DNA from: Paenibacillus sp.
GTDB lineage: Bacteria; Bacillota; Bacilli; Paenibacillales; YIM-B00363
Direction: 5' to 3'
Assembly (NCBI GenBank): GCA_044353165.1
Contig: JBILCM010000002.1
Span: 31,477 to 95,476 of the forward strand
DNA: 64,000 nt
The notes below the pieces were generated by a model. That model did no database searches. It was not told where the DNA came from and saw only the letters and a list, made by a program, of their open reading frames with translations. The position numbers and the translations under genes are program-made. Of the stretch, positions 29,819 to 39,208 are shown one piece after another (position 1 is the first letter of the stretch; each line of letters starts with the position of its first letter).

Positions 29819-29883
29819 AAAAAACAACCCCAAAGCCAAAATCCGAAGTCGACGGACTGCGGATGCTTAGGCAGTTGGGGTTG
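29819..29883 (-). terminator. rpsO terminator / pnp leader nested stem-loop
   Basis: The outer stem is caaccccaa (29825-29833) with ttggggttg (29875-29883). The inner hairpin on the minus strand is ATCCGcAGTC-cgtc-GACTtCGGAT followed by TTTTGG. The outer stem is followed by TTTTTTC. Confidence 0.75.
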
Positions 29884-29914
29884 CTTCCAATTTTGCTTTG
29901 GATGCTCTTGAAGA

Positions 29915-30184
29915 TTATCTTCGTAAGCCAAGCTTTTCAATCAAAGCACTGTACCGATTCACATCTTTGTTTTTGAGGTAAGTAAGCAATTTTCTACGTT
30001 GTCCGACCATCTTGAGTAGACCGCGTCGGGAATGGTGGTCCTTCTTGTGTTCCCGCAAATGTGCTGTCAAACTATTGATGTTCTCGGTGAGGATTGCAAT
30101 CTGTACTTCAGAAGAACCTGTGTCACTCTCATGCGTCTTGTGTTCTTGAATCAATTGCTGTTTGCGTTCTTGTGTTAATGCCAT
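29915..30184 (-). CDS. rpsO: 30S ribosomal protein S15
   Basis: [70 protein letters not shown] is canonical S15. Confidence 0.98.
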   Translation of the reverse strand: MALTQERKQQLIQEHKTHESDTGSSEVQIAILTENINSLTAHLREHKKDHHSRRGLLKMVGQRRKLLTYLKNKDVNRYSALIEKLGLRR

Positions 30185-30302
30185 CCTTCCGTCACCTCCT
30201 TGTTTGATTACCAGTACCCTAGCATACCGTTGGTGAATCGGTTCGCCAAGCTACGGTTCCTATGTGACCTCACAAAAAATAAGTAATGAAGTCAACTTTA
30301 AG

Positions 30303-30331
30303 ATTATATCATATCACCCTAAGGTTGTAAA
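30303..30331 (-). promoter_or_regulatory. sigma-A promoter of rpsO (TTTACA-N17-TATAAT) with a leader of about 110 nt
   Basis: Minus strand: TTTACA at 30331-30326 and TATAAT at 30308-30303, spacer 17 nt. The leader contains the paired segments ccgt.../...acgg and ttgg-gaa/ttc-ccaa, which would fit an S15 autoregulatory fold (not verified). Confidence 0.65.
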
Positions 30332-30334
30332 ACG

Positions 30335-31306
30335 TTACCTATTCACCTGAAATATTTGATGTGCAATTTGTATGTCTGTGCGAATTTGATCCAACAAAGC
30401 ATCTATAGAATCAAATTTGCGCTCTTCTCGAATTCTTGATTTGCATCGGACGATCCATTCTTCCCCATACATATCCTCATCAACATCAAACAAATGAACC
30501 TCTAAAGTCGATTTTGACCACATCTGATGGAAAGTAGGTTTAAACCCAATGTTCATGACACCTTGGAACAGCCTTCCAGCACGAGGCCCTGTACGAACAG
30601 TGACTTCAACTGCATATACACCCGTTGTAGGTATAACATAATTACCAGCAGGTTGTATGTTAGCTGTTGGTATACCGATCGTTCTGCCCCTACCCTCACC
30701 ATGTACTACCGTTCCACGGATAGCATAAGGACGGCCAAGCAAATGATTCGCTCGGTTGATATTCCCTGTTGATAAGGCCTTGCGAATAGATGTAGAACTT
30801 ATAATTTCATCGTTCAATAAATAAGGAGGAACCACTTCAACCTCGTATGCGCCTGTGGACAATTGACTTAATGTTGCTACAGTCCCAAGGCCACGAAAGC
30901 CGAAAGTAAAATTGAAACCGACAGAAATGTGTCTGACCCTTAATGGATGTATGAATTCAGCTATGAAGACATCCGGGGATAGTCCTGCCAAAGTTTTATC
31001 AAAGGTGACTACATATGTGGTTTGGACACCTAACTGTTCAAAACGCTCGCACTTACGGTCTAATGGAGTCAAATATTCTGCATAATCAAGTAAACCCAAC
31101 ACCTCCCTGGGATGGGGGTGGAATGTCATGACAGCTGAGGGGATATGATGCATGGAAGACGTACGCAACGCATGAGCAATAACTTCCTGGTGTCCTAGAT
31201 GGACGCCATCAAAATCACCAATTGCCATCGATTGACCTTGTTGTGGCACAGACTGAAGCATTTCTTTGGTTAGTGGATACATGATATGTTCAATTTGCAT
31301 GCTCAT
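30335..31306 (-). CDS. ribF: bifunctional riboflavin kinase / FMN adenylyltransferase
   Basis: MAIGDFDGVHLGHQ FAD-synthetase motif and a C-terminal riboflavin kinase domain (GRTIGIPTANI...EVHLFD). The start is ambiguous among ATGs at 31300-31309; 31306 is chosen from GGGAGA spacing. Confidence 0.92.
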   Translation of the reverse strand: MSMQIEHIMYPLTKEMLQSVPQQGQSMAIGDFDGVHLGHQEVIAHALRTSSMHHIPSAVMTFHPHPREVLGLLDYAEYLTPLDRKCERFEQLGVQTTYVVTFDKTLAGLSPDVFIAEFIHPLRVRHISVGFNFTFGFRGLGTVATLSQLSTGAYEVEVVPPYLLNDEIISSTSIRKALSTGNINRANHLLGRPYAIRGTVVHGEGRGRTIGIPTANIQPAGNYVIPTTGVYAVEVTVRTGPRAGRLFQGVMNIGFKPTFHQMWSKSTLEVHLFDVDEDMYGEEWIVRCKSRIREERKFDSIDALLDQIRTDIQIAHQIFQVNR

Positions 31307-32264
31307 CATTGTTCTCCCATGCATGAGGTGCAGATGTAAAAATCTTCATTGGAACAAAGAGACTTTCCTCAGGATTGAAACGAAAAACACCAATGAAACG
31401 ACCCTCATCCGAATGATTCTCAGCAGCATAAATTCGATAAGTTAAATTCGGCTCACAAACGAATGCCGTATTCACATCACATGCACGCAACATTTTCCCT
31501 TGCGTCGCATAGATGGCATTGCGTTCGGTTGTAATACCTTTTGGGAGATGTGATAACGCGTCTCCAATAGGAATCAAACGACGGTTAAGTTCCCCTGACG
31601 CAACAACACGTTCAAGTTCAGATAAAGTCAGGCATTGATCCCGATGAATCGAACCTGACCCCGTTCGCACCAAAAAGGACATTACAGAGGGAAACCCTAG
31701 AGACTGTCCAATATCTTCACACAAAGTGCGTATGTACGTTCCTTTTGAGCATACAATTTTCATTTGTATTTTAGGCTGCTGTAAATCAAGTTGCATTCTG
31801 AAAACTTCGATTTCATGGATAGTCACTTTGCGCGGTGCACGAACGACATCTACCCCCATTCTAGCGAGGTCATACAGTCTTTGACCACCTACCCTGACAG
31901 CGGAAAACATTGGTGGTATTTGTTCAATTTCCCCAACAAAGGAAGAAATTAAGGCTCGAATTTCATTTTCTTGGAGTAACGGTGGTTGAGCCTGTGCGAT
32001 TATTTTCCCCGATGCATCTCCGGTATCCGTAGAGTAACCGATCGTCATTTCGGCTTCATATGTTTTAGGAAGTTCTTGCAAATATTCTACTATCCGTGTG
32101 GCTCGTCCCAGACAAAGAGGCAATACACCAGAAACCTGTGGGTCCAGCGTACCTGTATGACCAATTCGTCTCATCTGTAGCAGCTTTCGTGCACGGGCAA
32201 CACAATCATGAGAAGTCATGCCAGCCTCTTTCCAAAGCGGCAGAACCCCTTCTAATACTGTCAT
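31290..32264 (-). CDS. truB: tRNA pseudouridine(55) synthase TruB
   Basis: GMTSHD...GHTGTLDP catalytic Asp motif. C-terminal PUA-like extension. Confidence 0.95.
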   Translation of the reverse strand: MTVLEGVLPLWKEAGMTSHDCVARARKLLQMRRIGHTGTLDPQVSGVLPLCLGRATRIVEYLQELPKTYEAEMTIGYSTDTGDASGKIIAQAQPPLLQENEIRALISSFVGEIEQIPPMFSAVRVGGQRLYDLARMGVDVVRAPRKVTIHEIEVFRMQLDLQQPKIQMKIVCSKGTYIRTLCEDIGQSLGFPSVMSFLVRTGSGSIHRDQCLTLSELERVVASGELNRRLIPIGDALSHLPKGITTERNAIYATQGKMLRACDVNTAFVCEPNLTYRIYAAENHSDEGRFIGVFRFNPEESLFVPMKIFTSAPHAWENNDEHAN

Positions 32265-33256
32265 ATCTTTTCTTTCACCGCTTCCACAATTCTCGCAACG
32301 GCTTCCTCCATCGTCCCCATAATTGTTGCTCCCGATGCGCGCACATGACCTCCGCCGCCGAAAATTTGAGCCAAGCGTGAGACATCTACTTCCCCTTTAG
32401 ATCGAAAGCTTATTTTAATCTCATGTTCAGCTTTTTGTTTGAACAATAGAGCAACTTCTACGCCTTGTACGTTTCGTGAGATGTTAATAAGACCCTCTGT
32501 ATCCTCGTCTAATGCACCGGAACGGTTCATCATTTCTGTCGTAATTTTAACCCATGCGATTCGGCAATCCTCAGAAAACGACAATGTTGATAACGTTTCT
32601 TTCATCAACTGCACTTGGCCCAAAGACATCGTTTCTAACAACCGCTCGGCCAACATTGCGCCAGCAACACCCTCACGCAACATACGTTCCGCGATAGCGA
32701 ATACAGCTGGCGTTGTGTTTGAATAACGGAATCCGCCAGTGTCAGTTAACAATCCCGCATAGATGCAAGACGCAAGTTTTGGAGTCCAAGAAATATTCAA
32801 TGTTTTAATCAAATCATAAATGATCTCCACCGTTGCCGCAGCTGAAGTACGAACGACATTAATCTGGCCATATGCGTTATTCGTTACATGGTGATCTATG
32901 TTTATAATAACCGCATTGTCCGCCACGACTTGTTTCGCTTGGCCAATCCTAGATGCATCGGCACAGTCAACAAAAATCACCCTATCGAATGTTCGTTGCA
33001 CAGGATCGGAGGAATAATTAATGATATCCTCATCATCAAGCAATAATTTAAATTTCTGAGGTGTATGGCCCTCATTCAGTAACGAATATTTTTTACCTAA
33101 CGCTTTAAGAATGAAACCCATTGCGCTTGTTGAACTTATTGCATCCCCATCAGGGGAGAGATGCGATACAACTAGAAAATCATCCTCTTGACGAAGAAAC
33201 TGAGCAACGGCTTGAAGACTGGCTTGATAATCTTCTGTTAACTGTGTGTTATTCAT
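32261..33256 (-). CDS. nrnA: DHH/DHHA1 family phosphoesterase (NrnA-type oligoribonuclease / pAp phosphatase)
   Basis: SPDGDAISS, IDHH and GGGH motifs. Sits between rbfA and truB. Confidence 0.88.
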   Translation of the reverse strand: MNNTQLTEDYQASLQAVAQFLRQEDDFLVVSHLSPDGDAISSTSAMGFILKALGKKYSLLNEGHTPQKFKLLLDDEDIINYSSDPVQRTFDRVIFVDCADASRIGQAKQVVADNAVIINIDHHVTNNAYGQINVVRTSAAATVEIIYDLIKTLNISWTPKLASCIYAGLLTDTGGFRYSNTTPAVFAIAERMLREGVAGAMLAERLLETMSLGQVQLMKETLSTLSFSEDCRIAWVKITTEMMNRSGALDEDTEGLINISRNVQGVEVALLFKQKAEHEIKISFRSKGEVDVSRLAQIFGGGGHVRASGATIMGTMEEAVARIVEAVKEKI

Positions 33257-33609
33257 TACTTATCCTCCTCACCATGTATCGAGTCGAATAATTTCTCGAT
33301 TCGACTTCCATAGGCAATGGAGTGATCAATGAGAAACAACAGATCTGGAACATGACGAAGGCGGATGCGCTTGCCAAGTTCAGTACGAATGAAGCCTTTG
33401 CTGCGGGCCAAAGCTTTAAGAGTTGCATTCTGCTGCTCTTCATTCCCAAGAACACTAATATAGACTTTGGCCTGCGACAAATCGGATGTCATATCTACTC
33501 CTGTGACTGTCAGAAAACCAATTGCAGGGTCCTTTAATTCCGAAAGGAAAATATGACTTAGTTCCTTTTTTAGTTGCTCTCCCACTCGACCCGTACGGAC
33601 CTTGGCCAT
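33256..33609 (-). CDS. rbfA: ribosome-binding factor A
   Basis: 117 aa. RVGEQLKKELSHIF...DPAIGFLTVTGVDMTSDLSQAKVYIS is typical RbfA. Confidence 0.95.
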   Translation of the reverse strand: MAKVRTGRVGEQLKKELSHIFLSELKDPAIGFLTVTGVDMTSDLSQAKVYISVLGNEEQQNATLKALARSKGFIRTELGKRIRLRHVPDLLFLIDHSIAYGSRIEKLFDSIHGEEDK

Positions 33610-33615
33610 TTCCCA

Positions 33616-36600
33616 TCACCTTTCTACAGTTTCCTTCACGAACGCTTCAATGACGTCGCCTTCTTGAATATCATTAAATTTGTCAAGACCAATTCCACAT
33701 TCAAATCCTTGAGTAACTTCACGTGCATCGTCTTTGAAACGTTTCAGGGAATCCAACTTGCCTTCATGGACTACAACGCCTTGACGAATCAAGCGCGCTT
33801 CAGCGTTTCGCAAAATTTTCCCTTGCGTAACCATACAACCTGCAATCGTTCCAATTTTGGTGATTTTAAAGACGTTGCGTACTTCAGCGTGTCCTATGAT
33901 ATTCTCACGATAAATCGGATCTAATAAACCTTTCATAGCAGACTCGATTTCGTCAATGACATTGTAGATAATGCGATGCAGTCGGATATCTACGCCTTCT
34001 TGCTCAGCACTTGCCCTTGCTGCAGGTTCCGGACGTACGTTAAATCCAATGACGATTGCATTCGAAGCCGAAGCTAACGCGACGTCAGATTCAGTAATCG
34101 CCCCTACACCCGTGTGAAGAATTCGCACTCGCGCGCCTTCAACGTCGATTTTCTCAAGTGATCCTTTAAGCGCTTCTACTGAACCCTGAACATCGCCCTT
34201 AATAATGACGTTAAGTTCCTTCAGTTCACCTTCCTTGATTTTGCTAAAGAGTGCATCAAGAGACACACGTGAATTCGCTCCAAAATCCGCTTGACGTTGC
34301 TTGGATGTGCGCGATTCCGCTATTTCCCTCGCTTTCCGCTCATCTTCAAACACCATAAACGGATCTCCTGCTTGAGGAACCTCTGTCAAACCAGTTATTT
34401 CGACGGGGGTTGAAGGTCCTACTTCTTTTACACGTCTGCCTTTGTCATTAACCATAGCTCGAACACGACCGAAACTGTTCCCAATGACCAATGCATCGCC
34501 AATCTTAAGTGTACCGTTCTGGACGAGGACGCGGGCAACGGCGCCTTTTCCTTTATCCAACTCCGCTTCAATAACAGTTCCTCTTGCACGTTTGTTTGGA
34601 TTTGCTCGGTAATCTTGCACCTCTGAGACAAGCAGAATCATTTCGAGCAAGTTCTCGAGGTTCATGCGTTGTTTCGCAGAAATATTAACGAATATGGTGT
34701 CGCCGCCCCACTCTTCAGGGACAAGTTCAAACTCTGTCAGTTCCTGTTTGATCCGATCTGGATTTGCATCGGGTTTGTCGATTTTATTTACTGCAACAAT
34801 AATCGGAACTTTTGCAGCCTTCGCATGAGCAATTGCTTCTTTCGTTTGGGGCATGACACCATCGTCAGCGGCAACAACGAGAATTGTAATGTCAGTAACC
34901 TGAGCACCTCGTGCGCGCATCGATGTGAACGCCTCATGTCCCGGTGTATCAAGAAAAGTGATTTTCTTGCCGTGTATGTCCACTTGATAGGCACCAATAT
35001 GTTGCGTTATGCCGCCAGCTTCTCCGGATACAACATTCGTTTCACGAATCGCGTCGAGAAGTGTTGTCTTTCCGTGGTCAACGTGGCCCATAATTGTGAC
35101 AACGGGTGGACGTACTTCAAGATTCGCTTCTTCGTCCGTTTCAATGATTTCTTCATAATTGTCTTCTTCTTTAGCAATTTTTATCTCGACTTCTACGCCG
35201 AACTCACCAGCAAGCAACTGGATAGCATCAAGGTCGATTTCTTGATTAATTGTAACCATGACACCCATGAATAAAAGTTTTTTAATCACTTCTGAAGCGT
35301 CTTTGTGCAATAATTTGGCTACTTCTCCAACAGTCATATTGCCACGGACAATCATCTTCTTGGGTGTATTATCAATTTTTGGCTTGGCTTGCTGGTAACG
35401 TCCTTTGGCATTCTTGTCAAGCTTATTGTTTTTTCGTTTGGTGCGTCCTTTGCCGTCACTGAACTCTCCATCTGAGAATTTAAAAATACGTTCGCGTTCA
35501 CGCTCTTTGTCTTTATCTCGATCTCGTTCACGGACAGGTTGTGGCTGCAACTTCGTATCTGTTGGAGCAGCAGGTATTTTGGCTGCACCTGAGAAACGAT
35601 TAGCACCTCCTGGACGACTACCCCGATCTGCAGAAGGGCGTCCAGGTGCAGCAGGACGGTCACTACGAGGTCCGCGTTCCCCGCCGCGATCAGAAGATGG
35701 TCGACTTCCTACGGAACGATCCCCTGGTGGACGATTACTATACGGACGATCGCCTGGTGGACGATCGCCTGGCGGGCGGCTATTGTACGGACGATCGCCT
35801 GATGGGCGGTCGCCTGGCGGACGGCTACTGTACGGACGATCCCCTGGTGGGCGGTCGCCTGGCGGACGGCTATTGTACGGACGATCTCCTGGTGGGCGGT
35901 CGCCTGGCGGGCGGCTATTGTACGGACGATCCCCTGGTGGGCGGCTATTGTAAGGACGATCTCCTTGTGGTCGGTCACCTTGTGGACGATTGCCATACGG
36001 ACGAGCACCTTGTGGTCGGTCACCTTGTGGACGATTGCCATACGGACGAGCACCTTGTGGTCGGTCACCTTGCGGGCGATCTTGATTTGTACGCGTGTAT
36101 TGTGGACGTGCGTTCTGTTGTCTATCTACTGTCGGATTCTCAACTGTAGTTCGATCGCTTTGCGATCGTTCTGGTGTTGGCGAATTCGTTGGCGCTATGC
36201 TAACTTGTGACTGCTCCGTTGAGGTTGCAACAGGTTGTGAGGACTGAGATTGTGGTAATTCTTCTTTTGGGGTTTCTCCTTGTTTGCGATCCAATTGCGA
36301 ACGTTCCCCAACGCGATTATGTTGTGTTCTGTCTGAAGCGGGACGTTGTTGTTGACCTGTAAATGGACGATCCCCATCGCGGCGTTGATTCTGATCTCGG
36401 TAACCTTGAGGTCGATCGAGATCCCTTGCCGGTCGTCCATCGGAATTATTCGTGTTGCGTTCGATTCGCGGTCGATCCGTATTCAACCCACGCTGATCCT
36501 CTTGCTTCTTCATTGCGTTATCTTTCGTACCTGTTGCCAATGAGGCACCTCCGGTTGTTCCTCTTGATGCCAATGCTTGCGCCTGTGTTTCAGCCGCTCG

Positions 36601-36792
36601 TTTTGCAGCTGCGTTCGCTTTTACATCACTAAAAAACTTTTCTACTCCAGCAACAGCGTGATCTTCCATGACACTCATATGATTGTTAACTGGCATATTT
36701 AAACGTTTAAGGATCGTAATAATTTCTTTGCTGCTCATATTCAAAGACTTAGCATATTCATATACTCTTAATTTGTTGTCAGCTTTGCTCAA
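33616..36792 (-). CDS. infB: translation initiation factor IF-2 with a strongly expanded, repeat-rich N-terminal region
   Basis: N-terminal IF2_N ([26 protein letters not shown]). GTPase domain ([21 protein letters not shown]) starts at about residue 560. Conserved C-terminal domains. 1058 aa in total. Confidence 0.97.
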   Translation of the reverse strand: MSKADNKLRVYEYAKSLNMSSKEIITILKRLNMPVNNHMSVMEDHAVAGVEKFFSDVKANAAAKRAAETQAQALASRGTTGGASLATGTKDNAMKKQEDQRGLNTDRPRIERNTNNSDGRPARDLDRPQGYRDQNQRRDGDRPFTGQQQRPASDRTQHNRVGERSQLDRKQGETPKEELPQSQSSQPVATSTEQSQVSIAPTNSPTPERSQSDRTTVENPTVDRQQNARPQYTRTNQDRPQGDRPQGARPYGNRPQGDRPQGARPYGNRPQGDRPQGDRPYNSRPPGDRPYNSRPPGDRPPGDRPYNSRPPGDRPPGDRPYSSRPPGDRPSGDRPYNSRPPGDRPPGDRPYSNRPPGDRSVGSRPSSDRGGERGPRSDRPAAPGRPSADRGSRPGGANRFSGAAKIPAAPTDTKLQPQPVRERDRDKDKERERERIFKFSDGEFSDGKGRTKRKNNKLDKNAKGRYQQAKPKIDNTPKKMIVRGNMTVGEVAKLLHKDASEVIKKLLFMGVMVTINQEIDLDAIQLLAGEFGVEVEIKIAKEEDNYEEIIETDEEANLEVRPPVVTIMGHVDHGKTTLLDAIRETNVVSGEAGGITQHIGAYQVDIHGKKITFLDTPGHEAFTSMRARGAQVTDITILVVAADDGVMPQTKEAIAHAKAAKVPIIVAVNKIDKPDANPDRIKQELTEFELVPEEWGGDTIFVNISAKQRMNLENLLEMILLVSEVQDYRANPNKRARGTVIEAELDKGKGAVARVLVQNGTLKIGDALVIGNSFGRVRAMVNDKGRRVKEVGPSTPVEITGLTEVPQAGDPFMVFEDERKAREIAESRTSKQRQADFGANSRVSLDALFSKIKEGELKELNVIIKGDVQGSVEALKGSLEKIDVEGARVRILHTGVGAITESDVALASASNAIVIGFNVRPEPAARASAEQEGVDIRLHRIIYNVIDEIESAMKGLLDPIYRENIIGHAEVRNVFKITKIGTIAGCMVTQGKILRNAEARLIRQGVVVHEGKLDSLKRFKDDAREVTQGFECGIGLDKFNDIQEGDVIEAFVKETVER
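35716..36075 (-). repeat. in-frame tandem repeat array of about 8 units of 45 nt (15 aa), with nested pentapeptide periodicity, inside infB
   Basis: The plus strand shows ggctattgtacggacgatc recurring at 35778, 35823, 35868 and 35913 (45-nt spacing), then at 35943. A perfect 45-nt duplication occupies 35971-36015 and 36016-36060. It encodes ([15 protein letters not shown])x2 and ([15 protein letters not shown])xn, about IF2 residues 238-360. Confidence 0.9.
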
Positions 36793-37118
36793 TGACTCTC
36801 CACCTCCGCATGTTTTGTTAAGCTCTTTCGGACAAGACCGGACAAACCCTCATCCGTAACAGCGACCACTACACGTTCAAACTTACCGATGCTATGGCCG
36901 AGTTCTCGCCGCTGATATTGTTCAACGATTGGCACGTTGTAGAATAAACATTTATCACGGTACTTCTTCTTTGCATTGTCTGATGCATCGTTCGCAAGAA
37001 GAACGATACGAGCAGTTCCATCGCGCACCGCCTTCAATACCGCTTCGTCACCAGTGACAAGTTTTCCCGCCCTAAGGGCAAGGCCTACATACGATAATGT
37101 CCGATCCTGATCTTTCAT
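36789..37118 (-). CDS. ylxQ: L7Ae-family RNA-binding protein YlxQ
   Basis: 109 aa ([23 protein letters not shown]...). Conserved position between ylxR and infB. Confidence 0.88.
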   Translation of the reverse strand: MKDQDRTLSYVGLALRAGKLVTGDEAVLKAVRDGTARIVLLANDASDNAKKKYRDKCLFYNVPIVEQYQRRELGHSIGKFERVVVAVTDEGLSGLVRKSLTKHAEVESH

Positions 37119-37453
37119 TCGTCATTCTCGCCTTCTTCCATGTCACTTGATTGCGACGCTTGAAAACTATGATACTCATCTTCTATTCGAATAAATTCGC
37201 GCGCTAACGAATCGTAGATGTCATCCCCAATTGTCACCTTCAAGGCTCGATCAAGTGACCGAGCTTTCTTCGCGAGCTTGAAACAGGATACATTCCCACA
37301 TAAATATGCACCCCGACCTGATTTTTTCCCTGAAATATCAATCGCGACCTCGTTAAGAGGTGTTCGAACGACTCGAATCAATTGTTTTTTTGCCTTGCTC
37401 TCTTGACATGCAACACATTTGCGCAATGGAATACGCCGAACCCTCACAGTCAT
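37115..37453 (-). CDS. ylxR: YlxR/RnpM family protein (DUF448)
   Basis: IPLRKCVACQESKAKKQLIRVV...SGRGAYLC motif. Conserved position after nusA. Confidence 0.9.
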   Translation of the reverse strand: MTVRVRRIPLRKCVACQESKAKKQLIRVVRTPLNEVAIDISGKKSGRGAYLCGNVSCFKLAKKARSLDRALKVTIGDDIYDSLAREFIRIEDEYHSFQASQSSDMEEGENDE

Positions 37454-37473
37454 TCCTCCTCAAATCCCACGAA

Positions 37474-38568
37474 TTACTCTATGGTGACTGAGTTATGGAT
37501 GAAATCTTCTGTAGAGCGTGGTCTTCCATACTCCGTTTCAGCTTGAGACTCACTTTTGATATCGATTTTCCATCCTGTTAGCTTTGCCGCTAATCTTGCG
37601 TTCTGCCCTTTGATACCGATGGCTAAAGAAAGTTGATAATCCGGCACGACAACACGGGCTGTCTTCTCTGACTCGATGACTTGAACTTCAACAACCTTCG
37701 AAGGACTAAGTGCATTCGAAACATATTCTTCCACATCATCACTCCATCGAACGATATCAATCTTCTCACCACGAAGCTCAGACACAATGGTCTGAACACG
37801 GGCGCCTTTGGGTCCAACACACGAACCGACGGGATCAACATCGTCATTGCGGGAATAGACTGCGATTTTTGAACGAAATCCTGCTTCTCTTGCAACGGAT
37901 TTAATTTCTACAACACCGTCATAAATCTCTGGAACCTCAAGCTCGAACAATCTTTTTAACAGACCTGGATGTGTGCGTGATAAAACAATCTGTGGACCTT
38001 TGGTAGTATTCTCAACACGTGTAATGTATCCCTTGACCCTTTCGTTGAGTTTAAACTTGTCAGACGGCATCAGTTCGGATATCGGCATAACAGCTTCCAC
38101 TTTGCCAAGATCTATATACACATTGCGTGAGTCAATACGTTGAACGATACCGGTTACGATATCTTCCTCTTTATCTACAAAAGCACTGTAAATGAGGCCG
38201 CGCTCCGCTTCACGTATACGTTGTGTGACGACTTGTTTCGCAGTTTGTGCTGCAATTCTACCAAAATCACGCGGTGTTACTTCAATCTCGACGACATCGT
38301 CATTCGTAAAATGTGGATTTATCTCACGCGCCGCATAAAGCGAAATTTCCATGCGTGGGTCGAGTACATCATCAACAACTTTCTTGCGGGCAAATACTCG
38401 GATGATGCCCGTTAGTCGATTAATATCCACCCTCACATTCTGAGCGGTATTGAAATTGCGTTTGTAGCTAGATATGAGTGCAGCTTCAATAGCCTCGAGC
38501 AACACTTCCTTGCCAATTCCTTTTTCTCGTTCGATTTCTGCTAATGCCTCAATAAAATCAGTGTTCAT
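37474..38568 (-). CDS. nusA: transcription termination/antitermination factor NusA
   Basis: NusA N-domain, S1 domain and two KH domains (SRTHPGLLKRLFELEVPEI, DPVGSCVGPKGARVQ, AIGIKGQNARLAAKLTGWKIDI). Confidence 0.98.
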   Translation of the reverse strand: MNTDFIEALAEIEREKGIGKEVLLEAIEAALISSYKRNFNTAQNVRVDINRLTGIIRVFARKKVVDDVLDPRMEISLYAAREINPHFTNDDVVEIEVTPRDFGRIAAQTAKQVVTQRIREAERGLIYSAFVDKEEDIVTGIVQRIDSRNVYIDLGKVEAVMPISELMPSDKFKLNERVKGYITRVENTTKGPQIVLSRTHPGLLKRLFELEVPEIYDGVVEIKSVAREAGFRSKIAVYSRNDDVDPVGSCVGPKGARVQTIVSELRGEKIDIVRWSDDVEEYVSNALSPSKVVEVQVIESEKTARVVVPDYQLSLAIGIKGQNARLAAKLTGWKIDIKSESQAETEYGRPRSTEDFIHNSVTIE

Positions 38569-38602
38569 GAACGTCCTTTCCCCCTTTCCATAATTGCAAA
38601 TC

Positions 38603-39070
38603 CTAAAACAAAATGGTTAAACGCGCACTTGAAACTTGATTCATTCGAATAGTATAAAATTTTCCCTTTTTCCCCACTTTCAAAACGACCACCGATTCAT
38701 CATACGATTCCAGTAAACCTTCAAATTCTTTCTTTCCATCTATGAGTTCATTGGTCGTAATATACACGTCTTTCCCTACTGCTCTGCGGTAATCTTCATT
38801 CTTCAATAAAGGGCGTTCCGCTCCAGGGGATGAAATTTCTAAAATGTAAGCTTCAGGTATCGGATCGTTCCGGTCCAATTGTTCGCTGAAATATTCACTA
38901 ATCTTGCCGCATTCATCGATATCAATTCCACCTTCTTTGTCAACATAAACCCTCAAGAAACGATTGCCGCCTTCCATCACATATTCCACTTCAACCAATT
39001 CAAATCCCTCTTGATCGAGGTAGGGTTGGATCATATCGGCAACAACTCGCTGGACATGCTCACCGTTCAC
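38603..39070 (-). CDS. rimP: ribosome maturation factor RimP
   Basis: 155 aa. LVEVEYVMEGGNRFLRVYVDKEGGIDIDEC...LEISSPGAERPL. GTG start at 39070 with AGGGAGGT 6 nt upstream. Confidence 0.93.
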   Translation of the reverse strand: MNGEHVQRVVADMIQPYLDQEGFELVEVEYVMEGGNRFLRVYVDKEGGIDIDECGKISEYFSEQLDRNDPIPEAYILEISSPGAERPLLKNEDYRRAVGKDVYITTNELIDGKKEFEGLLESYDESVVVLKVGKKGKFYTIRMNQVSSARLTILF

Positions 39071-39096
39071 AAAGCAACCTCCCTAAGGAAAACGTA

Positions 39097-39118
39097 AAGA
39101 GTGGGTTCCCCCACTCTT
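39097..39118 (-). terminator. suboptimal terminator/attenuator hairpin in the rimP-nusA leader
   Basis: aagagtggg (39097-39105) pairs with cccactctt (39110-39118), with loop ttcc. On the minus strand it is followed by the interrupted U-tract TACGTTTTCC, and then by the rimP SD. Confidence 0.5.
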
Positions 39119-39151
39119 AATAATAAACCTTATCTTCATAATTACTAGAAA

Positions 39152-39180
39152 ATTATATCACACGAAGAAAAAACAAACAA
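39152..39180 (-). promoter_or_regulatory. sigma-A promoter of the rimP-nusA-infB operon (TTGTTT-N17-TGaTATAAT, extended -10)
   Basis: Minus strand: TTGTTT at 39180-39175 and TATAAT at 39157-39152, spacer 17 nt. TGA lies immediately upstream of the -10. Confidence 0.6.
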
Positions 39181-39208
39181 GTGGCGTTTAAACCTCCGTG
39201 TTCGTAAC

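Noticed and set aside
29746-29940. The ORF-track 64-aa minus-strand ORF between rpsO and pnp.
   Set aside because: It starts inside rpsO out of frame and reads straight through the rpsO terminator stem-loops. Only its last 8 codons have an SD, and those are reported separately as a low-confidence uORF.
35716-36075. The regular direct repeats could be mistaken for a CRISPR array or a minisatellite outside genes.
   Set aside because: The units are contiguous with no unique spacers, the period is a multiple of 3, and the array is in frame inside infB. No cas genes or leader are present.
34669-36149. Long plus-strand and alternate-frame ORFs across infB (34669-35274, 201 aa; 35405-35953, 182 aa; 35646-36149, 167 aa; minus-frame 35709-36068, 119 aa).
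   Set aside because: They are antisense to, or out of frame with, a highly conserved IF2 gene. Their length comes from the low-complexity 45-nt repeats ([10 protein letters not shown] and DDRLV-type strings). No SD or promoter is visible.
38079-38086. A perfect sigma-D -10 element, GCCGATAT, on the minus strand inside nusA.
   Set aside because: It lies in coding sequence (it encodes MPISEL), the -35 is CAAA with 14-nt spacing rather than TAAA-N15, and no gene lies downstream to serve. It is most likely coincidence.
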